Positions 28,911 through 37,799 of a stretch of 64,000 nucleotides of DNA are shown here, piece after piece. The DNA comes from Candidatus Poribacteria bacterium (GTDB taxonomy: Bacteria; Poribacteria; WGA-4E; PCPOR2b). Below the pieces are notes generated by a model that did no database searches, was not told the DNA's origin, and saw only the letters and a program-made list of their open reading frames with translations. The stretch covers positions 2,120,059 through 2,184,058 of the forward strand of contig OY762266.1 in NCBI GenBank assembly GCA_963665285.1. The letters run 5' to 3'. A program made the position numbers and the translations under genes. Within the stretch, counting starts at the first letter, position 1. Every line of letters starts with the position of its first letter.

Positions 28911-31214
28911 CTATCGCGCTACATAGTCCACGTAAATCGGGCTGCTCCAAGCCATCTCCATGTCCGTCTGGATGACCCGCACCCAGTAAGGATTAATACC
29001 GGGGTTTGGCGATGGGTCGGCAAATGAGAATTTAGCCTCACCAGCCTCCTGTACCGTGGGTGCCAATGACATCGTCACCCGCCGATTTAACCCGCCGATC
29101 TCCATCGTCACGGGACCTTGCTTCAATTCATTCAGGTTGATATTGATAGCCACTTTCTCCGCCGGGGCGTAGGACATCCGCCGAGGAGGATTAATTCCGC
29201 TTTCCCCATACAGTGGTCCCGTGATCACCGAGGTATTTACCACCAACTCCAGTTCTCCATCATCTTCTCCAGTCAGATCCAAGATTATTCCGCTTCGGTA
29301 GCCACAGGTCACCGAATACCAGCGCAAGCCATAATCTTCCACGTCGAACACCCGGGAGCGTGGACTGTCGAACCGAATCTTATCTACGTTTGCAACACGA
29401 CGACCGGCGACCCGCAATTTCCCCTCCCAGATCACCCCTGAATAACTACTTTGCCGACTGGCACCCTCCCAAAGGATGCGCACACGGTTGCTGTCCACGC
29501 CGCGATTCACGGGATGGCTGTAAATTCGCTCTAGCCCCCGAAATAGTTCCACCGATTCAAACGGTGCTGTGCCAGCGATAAACGCGGAAATCTGCGGTTT
29601 TTCTGATGTGGTGAACTCGGCTCCCATTAAGTGTCCTGTTGCTTTGGTGTGCATCAAAATCCGTGCGCCCGTTGTTGCGTAAATGCGTCTGTCTTTATAC
29701 GCCGAAAGCACCGCAGGAATCGTCAATTCGGGTGCATACACAGCTGCCAATCCGGCTTTGGCATAGCGCCGGTGCTGGAAGCCCGGTGTATCGTTTCCCG
29801 GACGGCCATTGTGGCTGTCGCTGCCGCCGAAAAAGCCCATTTTGTAGTTCCGCTCAAGTGCTTCCTCCAAAATCCACTCGAACGTCCCGTGGTCGGAGGT
29901 CACCTCTACTGCTGGCTCTAATGCGGGATCATGGTAGGTCAAATCCGAGTGTTCACCACCAACGTGAGCGGTAATCACTGCGTCCGAATTTCGGAAAGCT
30001 TCGTAGACATCTTGGATATGATACAGGTCCGTGTCAGCGTCCGACTTGTCTTCCAATCCGCTGTGGTCAGAGCGTCGAATGGGTTGGTCATGTCGCCGGA
30101 AATAGACGTTGTGATGCCCGCCCCGGCTGGTGTTGGCTGACCATTCGTAACCGGGCAGAGCCACAAACCGTCCGGGTTGATCGTAGGCGCGTTCTGCCGC
30201 TTGTTGTAACGCCCAATCCCGCTTGGATAGCACATGATCGTTCCGCTGATAGCCTGCGAAGTGGATTGCGGCGACGTCCCGGGCGTACTGAAAGAAATCG
30301 GGAATCTTCTCTGCCATCGCCACCTGTCCGCCGTGCGAATCCCCCCAGTAGAGGTTATAGGATGCCTTGGTCTCCTCGCACAAGGTTGGATTGCTCTGTG
30401 CAGTCAACCTCGCTTTTTCATCAGTCACGGTCAGTCTGTGAATTCCCGTCTGGGTAACAGTGCACCCGTCGATCCACTGTACCCCCTTATCCCCTTCGCT
30501 AAACGTTGACTGCTCCGTTGGCACACTCACATTTCCTGACTGAATCGCGACTGTCCCCCGGTACGCCATGGCGGGATTTCCCCATGCATCCTCTGCCCTG
30601 ATCTGGATCTGGAACCGTTCTCCTGCAACAACCGTTGAAGGTACGGTCACTACCAGTTTTTCGGCTGTCCCACCGACGATACTTAAATACGGCGGTTCGG
30701 GCAGCGTCACGCTGTTTCCATCGCCCGCACTGTCCACATCTACCCAGAAATAGTGTCGTGCCTCCTGAAACGTCTGTGACCGGAAGCCCGGTCCGCCCTT
30801 GCTCCGGTCTCCGTAGATCACAGCCACCTGCTCGCCCGGTTCAAGTGCTCGACCGTTCACTGTCAACACCACCGAAAGCACACTCTGGACTAGCACCCCT
30901 ATCCGCGCGGCTTGCGGTGCTTCTATCGTCAGGTAATCTGCACCTGCGGGATCGTCCATCTGCGGTGTCGCCCGATCCGAATCCGCATCAGTGTAAATCC
31001 TTATCCGTCCCCCTGTTGCTACGCCCTTTTTGCCTGCGGTATAGGTCAGCGTCCATGTCCCGTAACTACCCGCTACCACCTCGTCCTGCGGCTCAAGACG
31101 CACTTCACCATACAGTTGATGAATGTCTGCATTAGACATGTTCAATTGCTCCGAGGGATTCATTTTGAAGACCGGATTTTTTCTTATCGACGACGACCGC
31201 CGCTTGTTCTTCAC
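28911..31214 (-). CDS. Large hypothetical protein, DUF3604-like (PHP-fold metal-dependent hydrolase-like), 767 aa
   Basis: His-rich motifs (WGDSHGG, HFAGYQRNDH, GGHHNVYF, GGEHSD, GGSDSHNGRPG) resemble the DUF3604/PHP-like family. The GTG start is uncertain. An internal ATG (MNPSEQ) is 51 nt downstream. Confidence 0.45.
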   Translation of the reverse strand: MKNKRRSSSIRKNPVFKMNPSEQLNMSNADIHQLYGEVRLEPQDEVVAGSYGTWTLTYTAGKKGVATGGRIRIYTDADSDRATPQMDDPAGADYLTIEAPQAARIGVLVQSVLSVVLTVNGRALEPGEQVAVIYGDRSKGGPGFRSQTFQEARHYFWVDVDSAGDGNSVTLPEPPYLSIVGGTAEKLVVTVPSTVVAGERFQIQIRAEDAWGNPAMAYRGTVAIQSGNVSVPTEQSTFSEGDKGVQWIDGCTVTQTGIHRLTVTDEKARLTAQSNPTLCEETKASYNLYWGDSHGGQVAMAEKIPDFFQYARDVAAIHFAGYQRNDHVLSKRDWALQQAAERAYDQPGRFVALPGYEWSANTSRGGHHNVYFRRHDQPIRRSDHSGLEDKSDADTDLYHIQDVYEAFRNSDAVITAHVGGEHSDLTYHDPALEPAVEVTSDHGTFEWILEEALERNYKMGFFGGSDSHNGRPGNDTPGFQHRRYAKAGLAAVYAPELTIPAVLSAYKDRRIYATTGARILMHTKATGHLMGAEFTTSEKPQISAFIAGTAPFESVELFRGLERIYSHPVNRGVDSNRVRILWEGASRQSSYSGVIWEGKLRVAGRRVANVDKIRFDSPRSRVFDVEDYGLRWYSVTCGYRSGIILDLTGEDDGELELVVNTSVITGPLYGESGINPPRRMSYAPAEKVAININLNELKQGPVTMEIGGLNRRVTMSLAPTVQEAGEAKFSFADPSPNPGINPYWVRVIQTDMEMAWSSPIYVDYVAR

Positions 31215-31458
31215 ACATTAAGAGCTGCTCCTTATCAATCCTGGCTGCCGAGAATCTGAATCAAGTAGGAGGACACCATTCTTATATCACAATTTATTCG
31301 GAGCGTCAACAGAAAAGCATTATCCGTCATATGTTTTTATGTTCTCCTTTTGGGCCGGATATGCTACTATGTTATACCGTTTCTGAATAATTTTGTCACA
31401 CGATTTGGGACTCGGATCACAATCTAACAGATCGTGCTACAAAAGACATTCAGACGTG

Positions 31459-31487
31459 TTGACGTTTTGATGTTCCCAATTTAGTAA
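31459..31487 (+). promoter_or_regulatory. Candidate sigma-70-like promoter for the enolase-superfamily operon
   Basis: TTGACG, a 17-nt spacer, then TAGTAA. It lies in a 376-nt divergent intergenic region about 105 nt upstream of the ATG at 31591. Confidence 0.3.
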
Positions 31488-31590
31488 ATGCTATCATCTT
31501 CTCGCTTCAACAATGCGTTATCCTTTACCAGAATTGGTATTAGTCTGTCAGCAACCTCAAATCTAATCTTTCAGAGTTAAGGAGTCTTTC

Positions 31591-32697
31591 ATGTCAAATC
31601 AACCAAAAATCGAAGATAGCGGATCTCAAATCAGAGTTACTGCGCTACACGCCTTTCCCATGGGCGTCAAAGCCTATGTCAAAATCGAAACCAACATGGG
31701 AGTGACGGGTTGGGGCGAGATTAACAATATGGATAACAATGTTACCTGCCGCCTTGCAGAATCGCTCTCGGAAATCATTATCGGTGAAAACCCGACTCGC
31801 ATTGAGCATCACTGGCAACGCCTGTTTCGCGCCCACCGCAACATCCGTGGCGGCGGATTGATGGTGCATACCATCTCCGCAATTGACATGGCGTTGTGGG
31901 ACATCGCCGGCAAACTCTGGAACGTCCCTGTCTACCGCCTACTTGGTGGACCCTGCCGCGACAAGATATGGAAGTATCCAAGCCCCAAAGCCATCAAAAC
32001 AGGTCCCGGCGGTTCCAAACCGTTTGCCGGAACGCCCACGGAGATCGAAGAGTTAGTTCAGAAAGTACGGGAGGCACGTGAAAAGGTTGGACCCGATGGC
32101 GCTGTGATGTTCGACGCACATAGTTGTTTGCCTCCCCCTATTGTGAAACAGTTTGCAAGCTACCTGAAAGCTGATGACCTACTTTTCTTGGAAGAAGCGT
32201 GGGTGCCCGGCAACATTGAAGTGATGCGAAAAATCCGTGAATCGGTCCCCGTCCCGCTTGCAACTGGAGAGCGTGATCGGACTATTTGGGAGGTTCGTGA
32301 AATACTTGAAGCACAGGTGATTGACATCCTTCAACCGGACTGTGGTCATGGTGGCGGCATCAGCCAGATGAAGAAGGTCGCAGCTCTCGCAGAAGCCCAT
32401 CACGTCCCGCTTGCACCACACTGCACAATGTCTCATCTCGGCTTGACCGCCAGCCTACATGTGGCAGCAGCTGTCCCGTTTTTCTTAATTCATGAAGGCT
32501 ACGAAGGTGTCTTACCGGAAGGTGTGGCGCGGAAGACATGGGAGATGGACGAGGAAGGCTATGTGTCGTTACCAGAGGGTCCGGGTTTGGGTGTTGAGGT
32601 TGATGAGGCAGCCGTGATTGAGACAGGAAAAGATCCTAATCGGAAGTTTGATTGGCCCGACAGTCGATTGAAAGATGGCTCAGTTGCAGATTATTAA
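31591..32697 (+). CDS. Enolase-superfamily enzyme (mandelate racemase/muconate lactonizing family; sugar-acid dehydratase-like)
   Basis: An N-terminal capping domain and a TIM-barrel carrying metal-ligand residues are recognisable. GAGTTAAGGAG lies upstream of the ATG. Confidence 0.85.
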   Translation: MSNQPKIEDSGSQIRVTALHAFPMGVKAYVKIETNMGVTGWGEINNMDNNVTCRLAESLSEIIIGENPTRIEHHWQRLFRAHRNIRGGGLMVHTISAIDMALWDIAGKLWNVPVYRLLGGPCRDKIWKYPSPKAIKTGPGGSKPFAGTPTEIEELVQKVREAREKVGPDGAVMFDAHSCLPPPIVKQFASYLKADDLLFLEEAWVPGNIEVMRKIRESVPVPLATGERDRTIWEVREILEAQVIDILQPDCGHGGGISQMKKVAALAEAHHVPLAPHCTMSHLGLTASLHVAAAVPFFLIHEGYEGVLPEGVARKTWEMDEEGYVSLPEGPGLGVEVDEAAVIETGKDPNRKFDWPDSRLKDGSVADY

Positions 32698-32725
32698 ATT
32701 TGATTGAGTCCTTGAGAGGTGCACT

Positions 32726-33814
32726 ATGAAGGTAACTTCGGTTGAGAGTTTCCGTGTTGAAGTTCCGATATCCGAGGAGGAACGGCAGCGGAGATACTAC
32801 AATTCTTCGGCGATTACGCGAGTCCGTACCGATGAAGGGATCACAGGTTATGGGTTCGAGCCGGTGGATGTTGGTGTTGTTAGCCAAATCTTGGTAGGGG
32901 CAGATCCGTTTCAGATTGAGCGACACCTTGAAGCCGGTTTGGATAAATGGTTCGGCGCAGAAAATGCGCTGTGGGACATCGTGGGCAAAGCTGCGGGGCT
33001 CCCCCTGCATAAGTTAATGGGTGCCTATCGCGCTGAGATTCCGCTATACCTGACCTGTGTTTGGCCCGGCGCAGCGGATCAGACCGACGTAACGCCACAA
33101 CAACAGGCTGAAGATGTGTTGCGATATTCGGAACAAGGGTGGAAAGCGTTCAAAATTCGCATTTTCCGACCAGATCTGATGGAGGATGTCGAAGCCATCA
33201 GATTAATGCGTGAACGGGTTGGTGGGCGCGATAAGATAGAAGTGATGGTGGACAGAACAGGGGAATACTCAGGTTCCACATGGGATTATGATACCGCCCT
33301 CCGTGCCGCTAGGGCATTGGAGGAGGTTGATGCGACTTGGTTGGAAGAACCTTTCACTCGCGGCGACATACATCTTCATGCGCGGCTGCGGGCGGAAACA
33401 GACATCGCTATCACCGGTGGAGAACATCAACCAGATGAGGTATATCGGGGATATGCTCAAGGCGAAGCGTTTGATATTGTCCAACCCCATTGTGCCAACC
33501 TAATCACTACCCTAAAGAAGGTGGCAAGTATGGCTGAGATGTTTGGCACGGAATGTATTTTTCACGGCTCGCACGGGATGGATCTGATCTATTCGCTGCA
33601 GGTCGCTGCGACCATCCGTACATGCCGGATGCAAGAGTTGGTGTATACAACCCCGCCAATCCGCCCTGAGGACGCTTGGTCACCTTTGAACAAGCTGGTC
33701 AAAGCCGATACGCTATACACGGTAAAAGATGGCTGCGTTCAGATTCCGCAAGGGCCGGGGATGGGAATAGAAATTGATGAGGAAGCAATTGAGCGGTATC
33801 GGGTTGCTGGCTAA
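32726..33814 (+). CDS. Second enolase-superfamily enzyme (MR/MLE family)
   Basis: MKVTSVESFRVEVPI...GITGYG... plus barrel-domain acidic ligands. It is a paralogous neighbour of the preceding gene. Confidence 0.8.
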   Translation: MKVTSVESFRVEVPISEEERQRRYYNSSAITRVRTDEGITGYGFEPVDVGVVSQILVGADPFQIERHLEAGLDKWFGAENALWDIVGKAAGLPLHKLMGAYRAEIPLYLTCVWPGAADQTDVTPQQQAEDVLRYSEQGWKAFKIRIFRPDLMEDVEAIRLMRERVGGRDKIEVMVDRTGEYSGSTWDYDTALRAARALEEVDATWLEEPFTRGDIHLHARLRAETDIAITGGEHQPDEVYRGYAQGEAFDIVQPHCANLITTLKKVASMAEMFGTECIFHGSHGMDLIYSLQVAATIRTCRMQELVYTTPPIRPEDAWSPLNKLVKADTLYTVKDGCVQIPQGPGMGIEIDEEAIERYRVAG

Positions 33815-33857
33815 CAGGCATGAGGAGGCAATCTTAACACCATAGAGGAGGATATAA

Positions 33858-34652
33858 ATGATGAATCGTTTCGGCTTTGATGTTTCAGGTCAACCGATTG
33901 AGGACTTGATTCGCTGGGCATCCGAAAATGGTTTTTGGTACATTGATTTTCAAGCAGACCTGCCCCCGAATGACATTGCCTCATTCGACGCCGCGCGTGT
34001 TCGGGGAGTGCGAGACCTCTGCGAAAGGCATGATATTGCCACTGGCATCCATCCATCGTCCGCAATAAATAACGCCGAATATGTGCCTATCATGGCGGAA
34101 GCGGTGGATGAATATCTGTTTGCTAACCTCGACTTGGCTGCCCGACTCGGCTGCGGTTGGCTTGTGGGACATGGCGGGTATCATTTCGGTGATGTCCCGC
34201 GACGACGGGAGGTGGCGGTTGAACGGATGAAGCGATTGGTAGACAGAGCAGAGCGAGTAGACGTCCCTATCTTCTTCGAGAACCACAACAAAGAACCCGA
34301 TTATGCCGAAATCCACTACATCCCGCACAACGTCGAAGAGACTCACTGGTTCTTTGATGCGATTCAATCGCCGTACTTTCAGTGGGCGTTCAATGTTGCC
34401 CACGGCCATCTTGTGCCCGAAGGTTGGGTGGGGTTCCTTGATGCGTTTGGCGTGGAGAATATTGGTCAGGTACGCCTCAACGATAACACCGGCGATTATG
34501 AGGTGCATCTCGTCCCCGGTGAGGGCACGATTGACTTTGAAGCACTGTTTGCAAGGCTGAAAACAGACGGCTATTCCGGTTGGTTCAGCCTCGGTTTTGG
34601 CAACGATGCGGATAAGGTGCGGGTGCGGGATTGGTTTGCTACTCTGGTGTAA
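33858..34652 (+). CDS. Sugar phosphate isomerase/epimerase (xylose-isomerase-like TIM barrel, AP endonuclease family 2)
   Basis: TIM-barrel family signature (histidine and acidic metal ligands; HGGYHFG, FENHN). GGAGGA lies upstream of the ATG. Confidence 0.7.
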   Translation: MMNRFGFDVSGQPIEDLIRWASENGFWYIDFQADLPPNDIASFDAARVRGVRDLCERHDIATGIHPSSAINNAEYVPIMAEAVDEYLFANLDLAARLGCGWLVGHGGYHFGDVPRRREVAVERMKRLVDRAERVDVPIFFENHNKEPDYAEIHYIPHNVEETHWFFDAIQSPYFQWAFNVAHGHLVPEGWVGFLDAFGVENIGQVRLNDNTGDYEVHLVPGEGTIDFEALFARLKTDGYSGWFSLGFGNDADKVRVRDWFATLV

Positions 34653-35095
34653 CAAAATCAAGCCTCATCTGTTCTTTTGCTCTAATTTTTTTTTTGATTG
34701 CTAACTAGTAGCAAATCCAGTGCTTTAGGGTTGAATCCAACCCCTTTAATTTTGTTTGTTTTTCTCAATAAAATATGGTATAGTTGATATATCGCCTTGT
34801 GGGAGAATGCTATCGCCACTGCTAAGTGGTGTCTCCCACACTCCTATAGCATGGATAGTAAAAGGCGGATTGGGCGATAACTAAGCCCTTAAAATCAATA
34901 CTCGCTGCGGGACACGCAGAGAGTCTAAACGCCCGTGGAAAGATGGTAAGACTCTGGCTTTCAGAGCATGTCTCGCCGAAGCGGGAATACAGCAACCTTA
35001 ACGGGAGTCAGTCTGTCGAAAGAATCCCAAGCGTTTATGCTTGGGAGTAGATCAGTGCTAACATTTACCCGTATTGTGTCTGAATAAATTATGGT

Positions 35096-35169
35096 CGGGG
35101 CGTAGCGCAGTCCGGAAGCGTGCTTGAATGGGGTTCAAGAGGTCGCTGGTTCAAATCCAGTCGCCCCGA
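35096..35169 (+). tRNA. tRNA-Pro (anticodon GGG)
   Basis: A 74-nt cloverleaf. The acceptor stem is CGGGGCG/CGCCCCG. The D-arm is GCGC-AGTCCGGAA-GCGT. The anticodon stem CTTGA/TCAAG carries the loop ATGGGGT (anticodon GGG, G37). The T-arm is GCTGG-TTCAAAT-CCAGT, with discriminator A. CCA is not encoded. Confidence 0.8.
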
Positions 35170-35189
35170 TTTCTTTGTGTAGAGAGGTA

Positions 35190-36512
35190 GTGGTGGATAA
35201 CAGCATCAATGTGGGGCTTCTTGGCTGGGGCACAGTCGGTACGGGTGTGTCCAAGATTTTGCTCAACCAGAGCGATCTGATTGAACAGAATGCCGGGATT
35301 CAACTCCGTTTAATCAAAATTGCAAAGCGTACGTTACCTGCATCTCGCCCCGGGGTTGAATTGGGCGCGGATCGTCTGACGACAAATCCCGCCGAGATTG
35401 TCGAGAACCCTGAGATCGATATAGTTGTAGAGTTGATGGGCGGGACCGATGAAGCGCGTCTTTTAGTCACTCAAGCTATCCGTAACGGCAAGCATGTTGT
35501 GACAGCGAACAAGGCGTTATTGGCAGCGCACGGATTTGAGCTCTTTCAACTTGCTGATAAGCATAATGTCAGTCTGAATTTTGAGGCGAGTGCCGCCGGG
35601 GGCATCCCAATAATCAAAACCCTACGGGAGAGTTTCGCCGCAAACCGCATCCATTCAATCTACGGCATCATCAACGGCACCTGCAACTACATCTTGACGG
35701 AGATGCACGAAAACGAAGTCGATTTTGACGAAGTGCTGAAAGATGCACAAGCCAAAGGGTATGCTGAGGCAGATCCGACATTTGATGTTGAAGGGATTGA
35801 TGCCGCGCATAAGCTGACCCTCCTCACTTCCCTCGCTTACGGTTTTGCCATGCCGATGGATGGGGTTTACACGGAAGGTATCACACATATCACGCCCAAT
35901 GAGATTCAGTACGCTCGTGAACTCGGATACGTGATCAAACTCCTTGCTATCGCGAAACTGAATCAAGACCGGGTTGAAACGCGTGTCCATCCGACATTGG
36001 TGCCCGTGCGCAGTATGCTCGCAAATGTTGGTGGTGCATTCAATACTGTCTGTGTCATTGGCGATGCCGTTGGTCCAACCCTGTTCTATGGACAAGGTGC
36101 CGGCGAAATGCCGACAGCGAGCGCTGTTGTTGCGGATATTATTGATGCGGCGAAATCGATTAGCGGTAGGGTGAGATCTCAGGTCCCGCGCGGTTGGCTC
36201 TCCGGGTCGCAAGCTAACATCTCTCTCTGTCCTATTGATGATGTTCAAACTCGTTACTATGTCCGTCTCGTTGTTCTAGATCAGCCGGGGGTGTTAGCAC
36301 AGATTAGCAATATCCTCGGAGAACACCGTATCAGCATTGCCTCCGTCATCCAGAAAGAACGCCATGAAATTGACGATACTGCTTCACTTGTTATCGTAAC
36401 ACACAAAGCTGTTGAGAAAAACATGCAGATGGCAATTCGAGAGATTGATACACTTGGTGTTGTCAAGGGGACAAGCCGACTGATCCGCATTGAAGAGGAA
36501 GTTGCCTTTTAA
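35190..36512 (+). CDS. hom: Homoserine dehydrogenase
   Basis: N-terminal NAD-binding motif ([13 protein letters not shown]), a catalytic domain and a C-terminal ACT domain. GAGAGG lies upstream of GTG at 35190 and 35193. The ORF-track start at 35124 overlaps the tRNA and was rejected. Confidence 0.9.
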   Translation: MVDNSINVGLLGWGTVGTGVSKILLNQSDLIEQNAGIQLRLIKIAKRTLPASRPGVELGADRLTTNPAEIVENPEIDIVVELMGGTDEARLLVTQAIRNGKHVVTANKALLAAHGFELFQLADKHNVSLNFEASAAGGIPIIKTLRESFAANRIHSIYGIINGTCNYILTEMHENEVDFDEVLKDAQAKGYAEADPTFDVEGIDAAHKLTLLTSLAYGFAMPMDGVYTEGITHITPNEIQYARELGYVIKLLAIAKLNQDRVETRVHPTLVPVRSMLANVGGAFNTVCVIGDAVGPTLFYGQGAGEMPTASAVVADIIDAAKSISGRVRSQVPRGWLSGSQANISLCPIDDVQTRYYVRLVVLDQPGVLAQISNILGEHRISIASVIQKERHEIDDTASLVIVTHKAVEKNMQMAIREIDTLGVVKGTSRLIRIEEEVAF

Positions 36513-36526
36513 GGAAATCGCAGCGA

Positions 36527-37588
36527 ATGGTCTGGAACGGTGTCATTCATCACTACCGTGCATATCTACCGGTTACATCAGAAACCCCAATTATTACGCT
36601 CAAGGAAGGGAATACACCCCTCGTTGAGGCGACAAACTTAAATGAGGCAATTGGTAACGACCTGCGCCTCTACCTGAAATGCGAGGGACTAAATCCGACG
36701 AGTTCCTTCAAAGATCGGGGCATGACCGTTGCTATCTCCAAATCCGTTGAGGATGGCGCTCAAGCAGTAATGTGTGCCTCAACTGGCAACACGTCGGCGT
36801 CTGCTGCTGCCTACGCTGCCAAAGCGAAACTGAAATGTATTGTACTGGTTCCGAAGGGGGAAATTGCCCTTGGGAAATTGGCACAAGCGTTGATGCACGA
36901 TGCAAAAGTCCTTGCGGTTGATGGAAATTTCGACAAAGCACTTCAGCTTGTGCGAGACGTTACCGAAAAGCACCCAATTCATCTGGTAAATTCGCTTAAC
37001 CCCTATCGCATCGAAGGACAGAAGACAGGTGCCTTTGAGGTCATTGACCATCTTGGCTTTGTGCCTGATTATCAAGCGATGCCTGTTGGTAATGCTGGGA
37101 ATATTACCGCTTATTGGAAAGGATACAAGGAGTATTACAACTGTGGCAAGGCAGAGAGTCTTCCCAAAATGCTTGGCTTTCAGGCTGCCCAAGCGGCACC
37201 GATAGTCTTAGGGCATGCTATTGAGGAACCGCAGACAGTTGCGAGTGCAATTAGGATAGGCAATCCCGCAAGTTGGCGGACTGCGGAGGAAGCGCGGGAC
37301 GAATCGAAAGGATTAATCGGTTACGTGTCGGACGACGAAATTTTGCAAGCCTATCAGATGGTGGCAAAATTAGAGGGGTTGTTTGTTGAACCTGCTTCCG
37401 CAGCTTCAATCGCTGGCGTTATCAAATTGAATCGGAGCGGATATTTCAAGCCGAGTTCAACAATCGTTTGTATCCTGACCGGACATGGCTTGAAAGATCC
37501 GGACACCGCGCTAGGAGAAATCGGGGGTGAGCCGATCACAGTGTCTGCGAGTGAAGATGCAATTCTGAAATATGTTTATGAAGTGTGA
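36527..37588 (+). CDS. thrC: Threonine synthase
   Basis: PLP-dependent enzyme with the lysine motif SFKDRG. The length and N-terminus fit the family. Confidence 0.9.
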   Translation: MVWNGVIHHYRAYLPVTSETPIITLKEGNTPLVEATNLNEAIGNDLRLYLKCEGLNPTSSFKDRGMTVAISKSVEDGAQAVMCASTGNTSASAAAYAAKAKLKCIVLVPKGEIALGKLAQALMHDAKVLAVDGNFDKALQLVRDVTEKHPIHLVNSLNPYRIEGQKTGAFEVIDHLGFVPDYQAMPVGNAGNITAYWKGYKEYYNCGKAESLPKMLGFQAAQAAPIVLGHAIEEPQTVASAIRIGNPASWRTAEEARDESKGLIGYVSDDEILQAYQMVAKLEGLFVEPASAASIAGVIKLNRSGYFKPSSTIVCILTGHGLKDPDTALGEIGGEPITVSASEDAILKYVYEV

Positions 37589-37672
37589 GCGGTGTGAAGC
37601 GTGAGGCGTGAACACAATTGGTTCATTAGGTAATTAATGAACGGGTGAACGAATGAATGAATACAATGAACT
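37589..37672. repeat. Intergenic repeat copy X1 (GTGAAGCGTGAGGCG motif plus several AATGAAC direct repeats)
   Basis: It shares the GTGAARCGTGAKGCG motif and ATGAACC-type direct repeats with the copies at 39913-39985 and 48683-48731. It also contains the palindrome GTTCATT-N8-AATGAAC. Confidence 0.5.
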
Positions 37673-37799
37673 TGTTGCGACCCTCTCACCAACTCGTACC
37701 AAAGGTTAAAGAAGATGCTCACATTAAGAAATGGTGCAACAGAAACCGAGTTTTTGTCAGGGATGTACTGCAAATCTGCGTTCACTCTGCACAGAGCAC

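Noticed and set aside
34780-34860. Possible cobalamin riboswitch (GCCACTG B12-box-like string)
   Set aside because: Only the heptamer matches. The surrounding conserved B12-element helices are absent, and the downstream genes (tRNA, hom) are not B12-related.
35124-35189. ORF-track start of hom overlapping the tRNA-Pro
   Set aside because: A protein start inside a tRNA gene is implausible. A GTG with a GAGAGG RBS at 35190/35193 fits the conserved Hom N-terminus.
37731-37799. ORF-track N-terminal extension of the WD40 protein (MVQQKPSFCQGCTANLRSLCTEH)
   Set aside because: It overlaps a truncated copy of the REP-like 22-mer and precedes the signal peptide. A downstream start (37800 or 37842) is more plausible.
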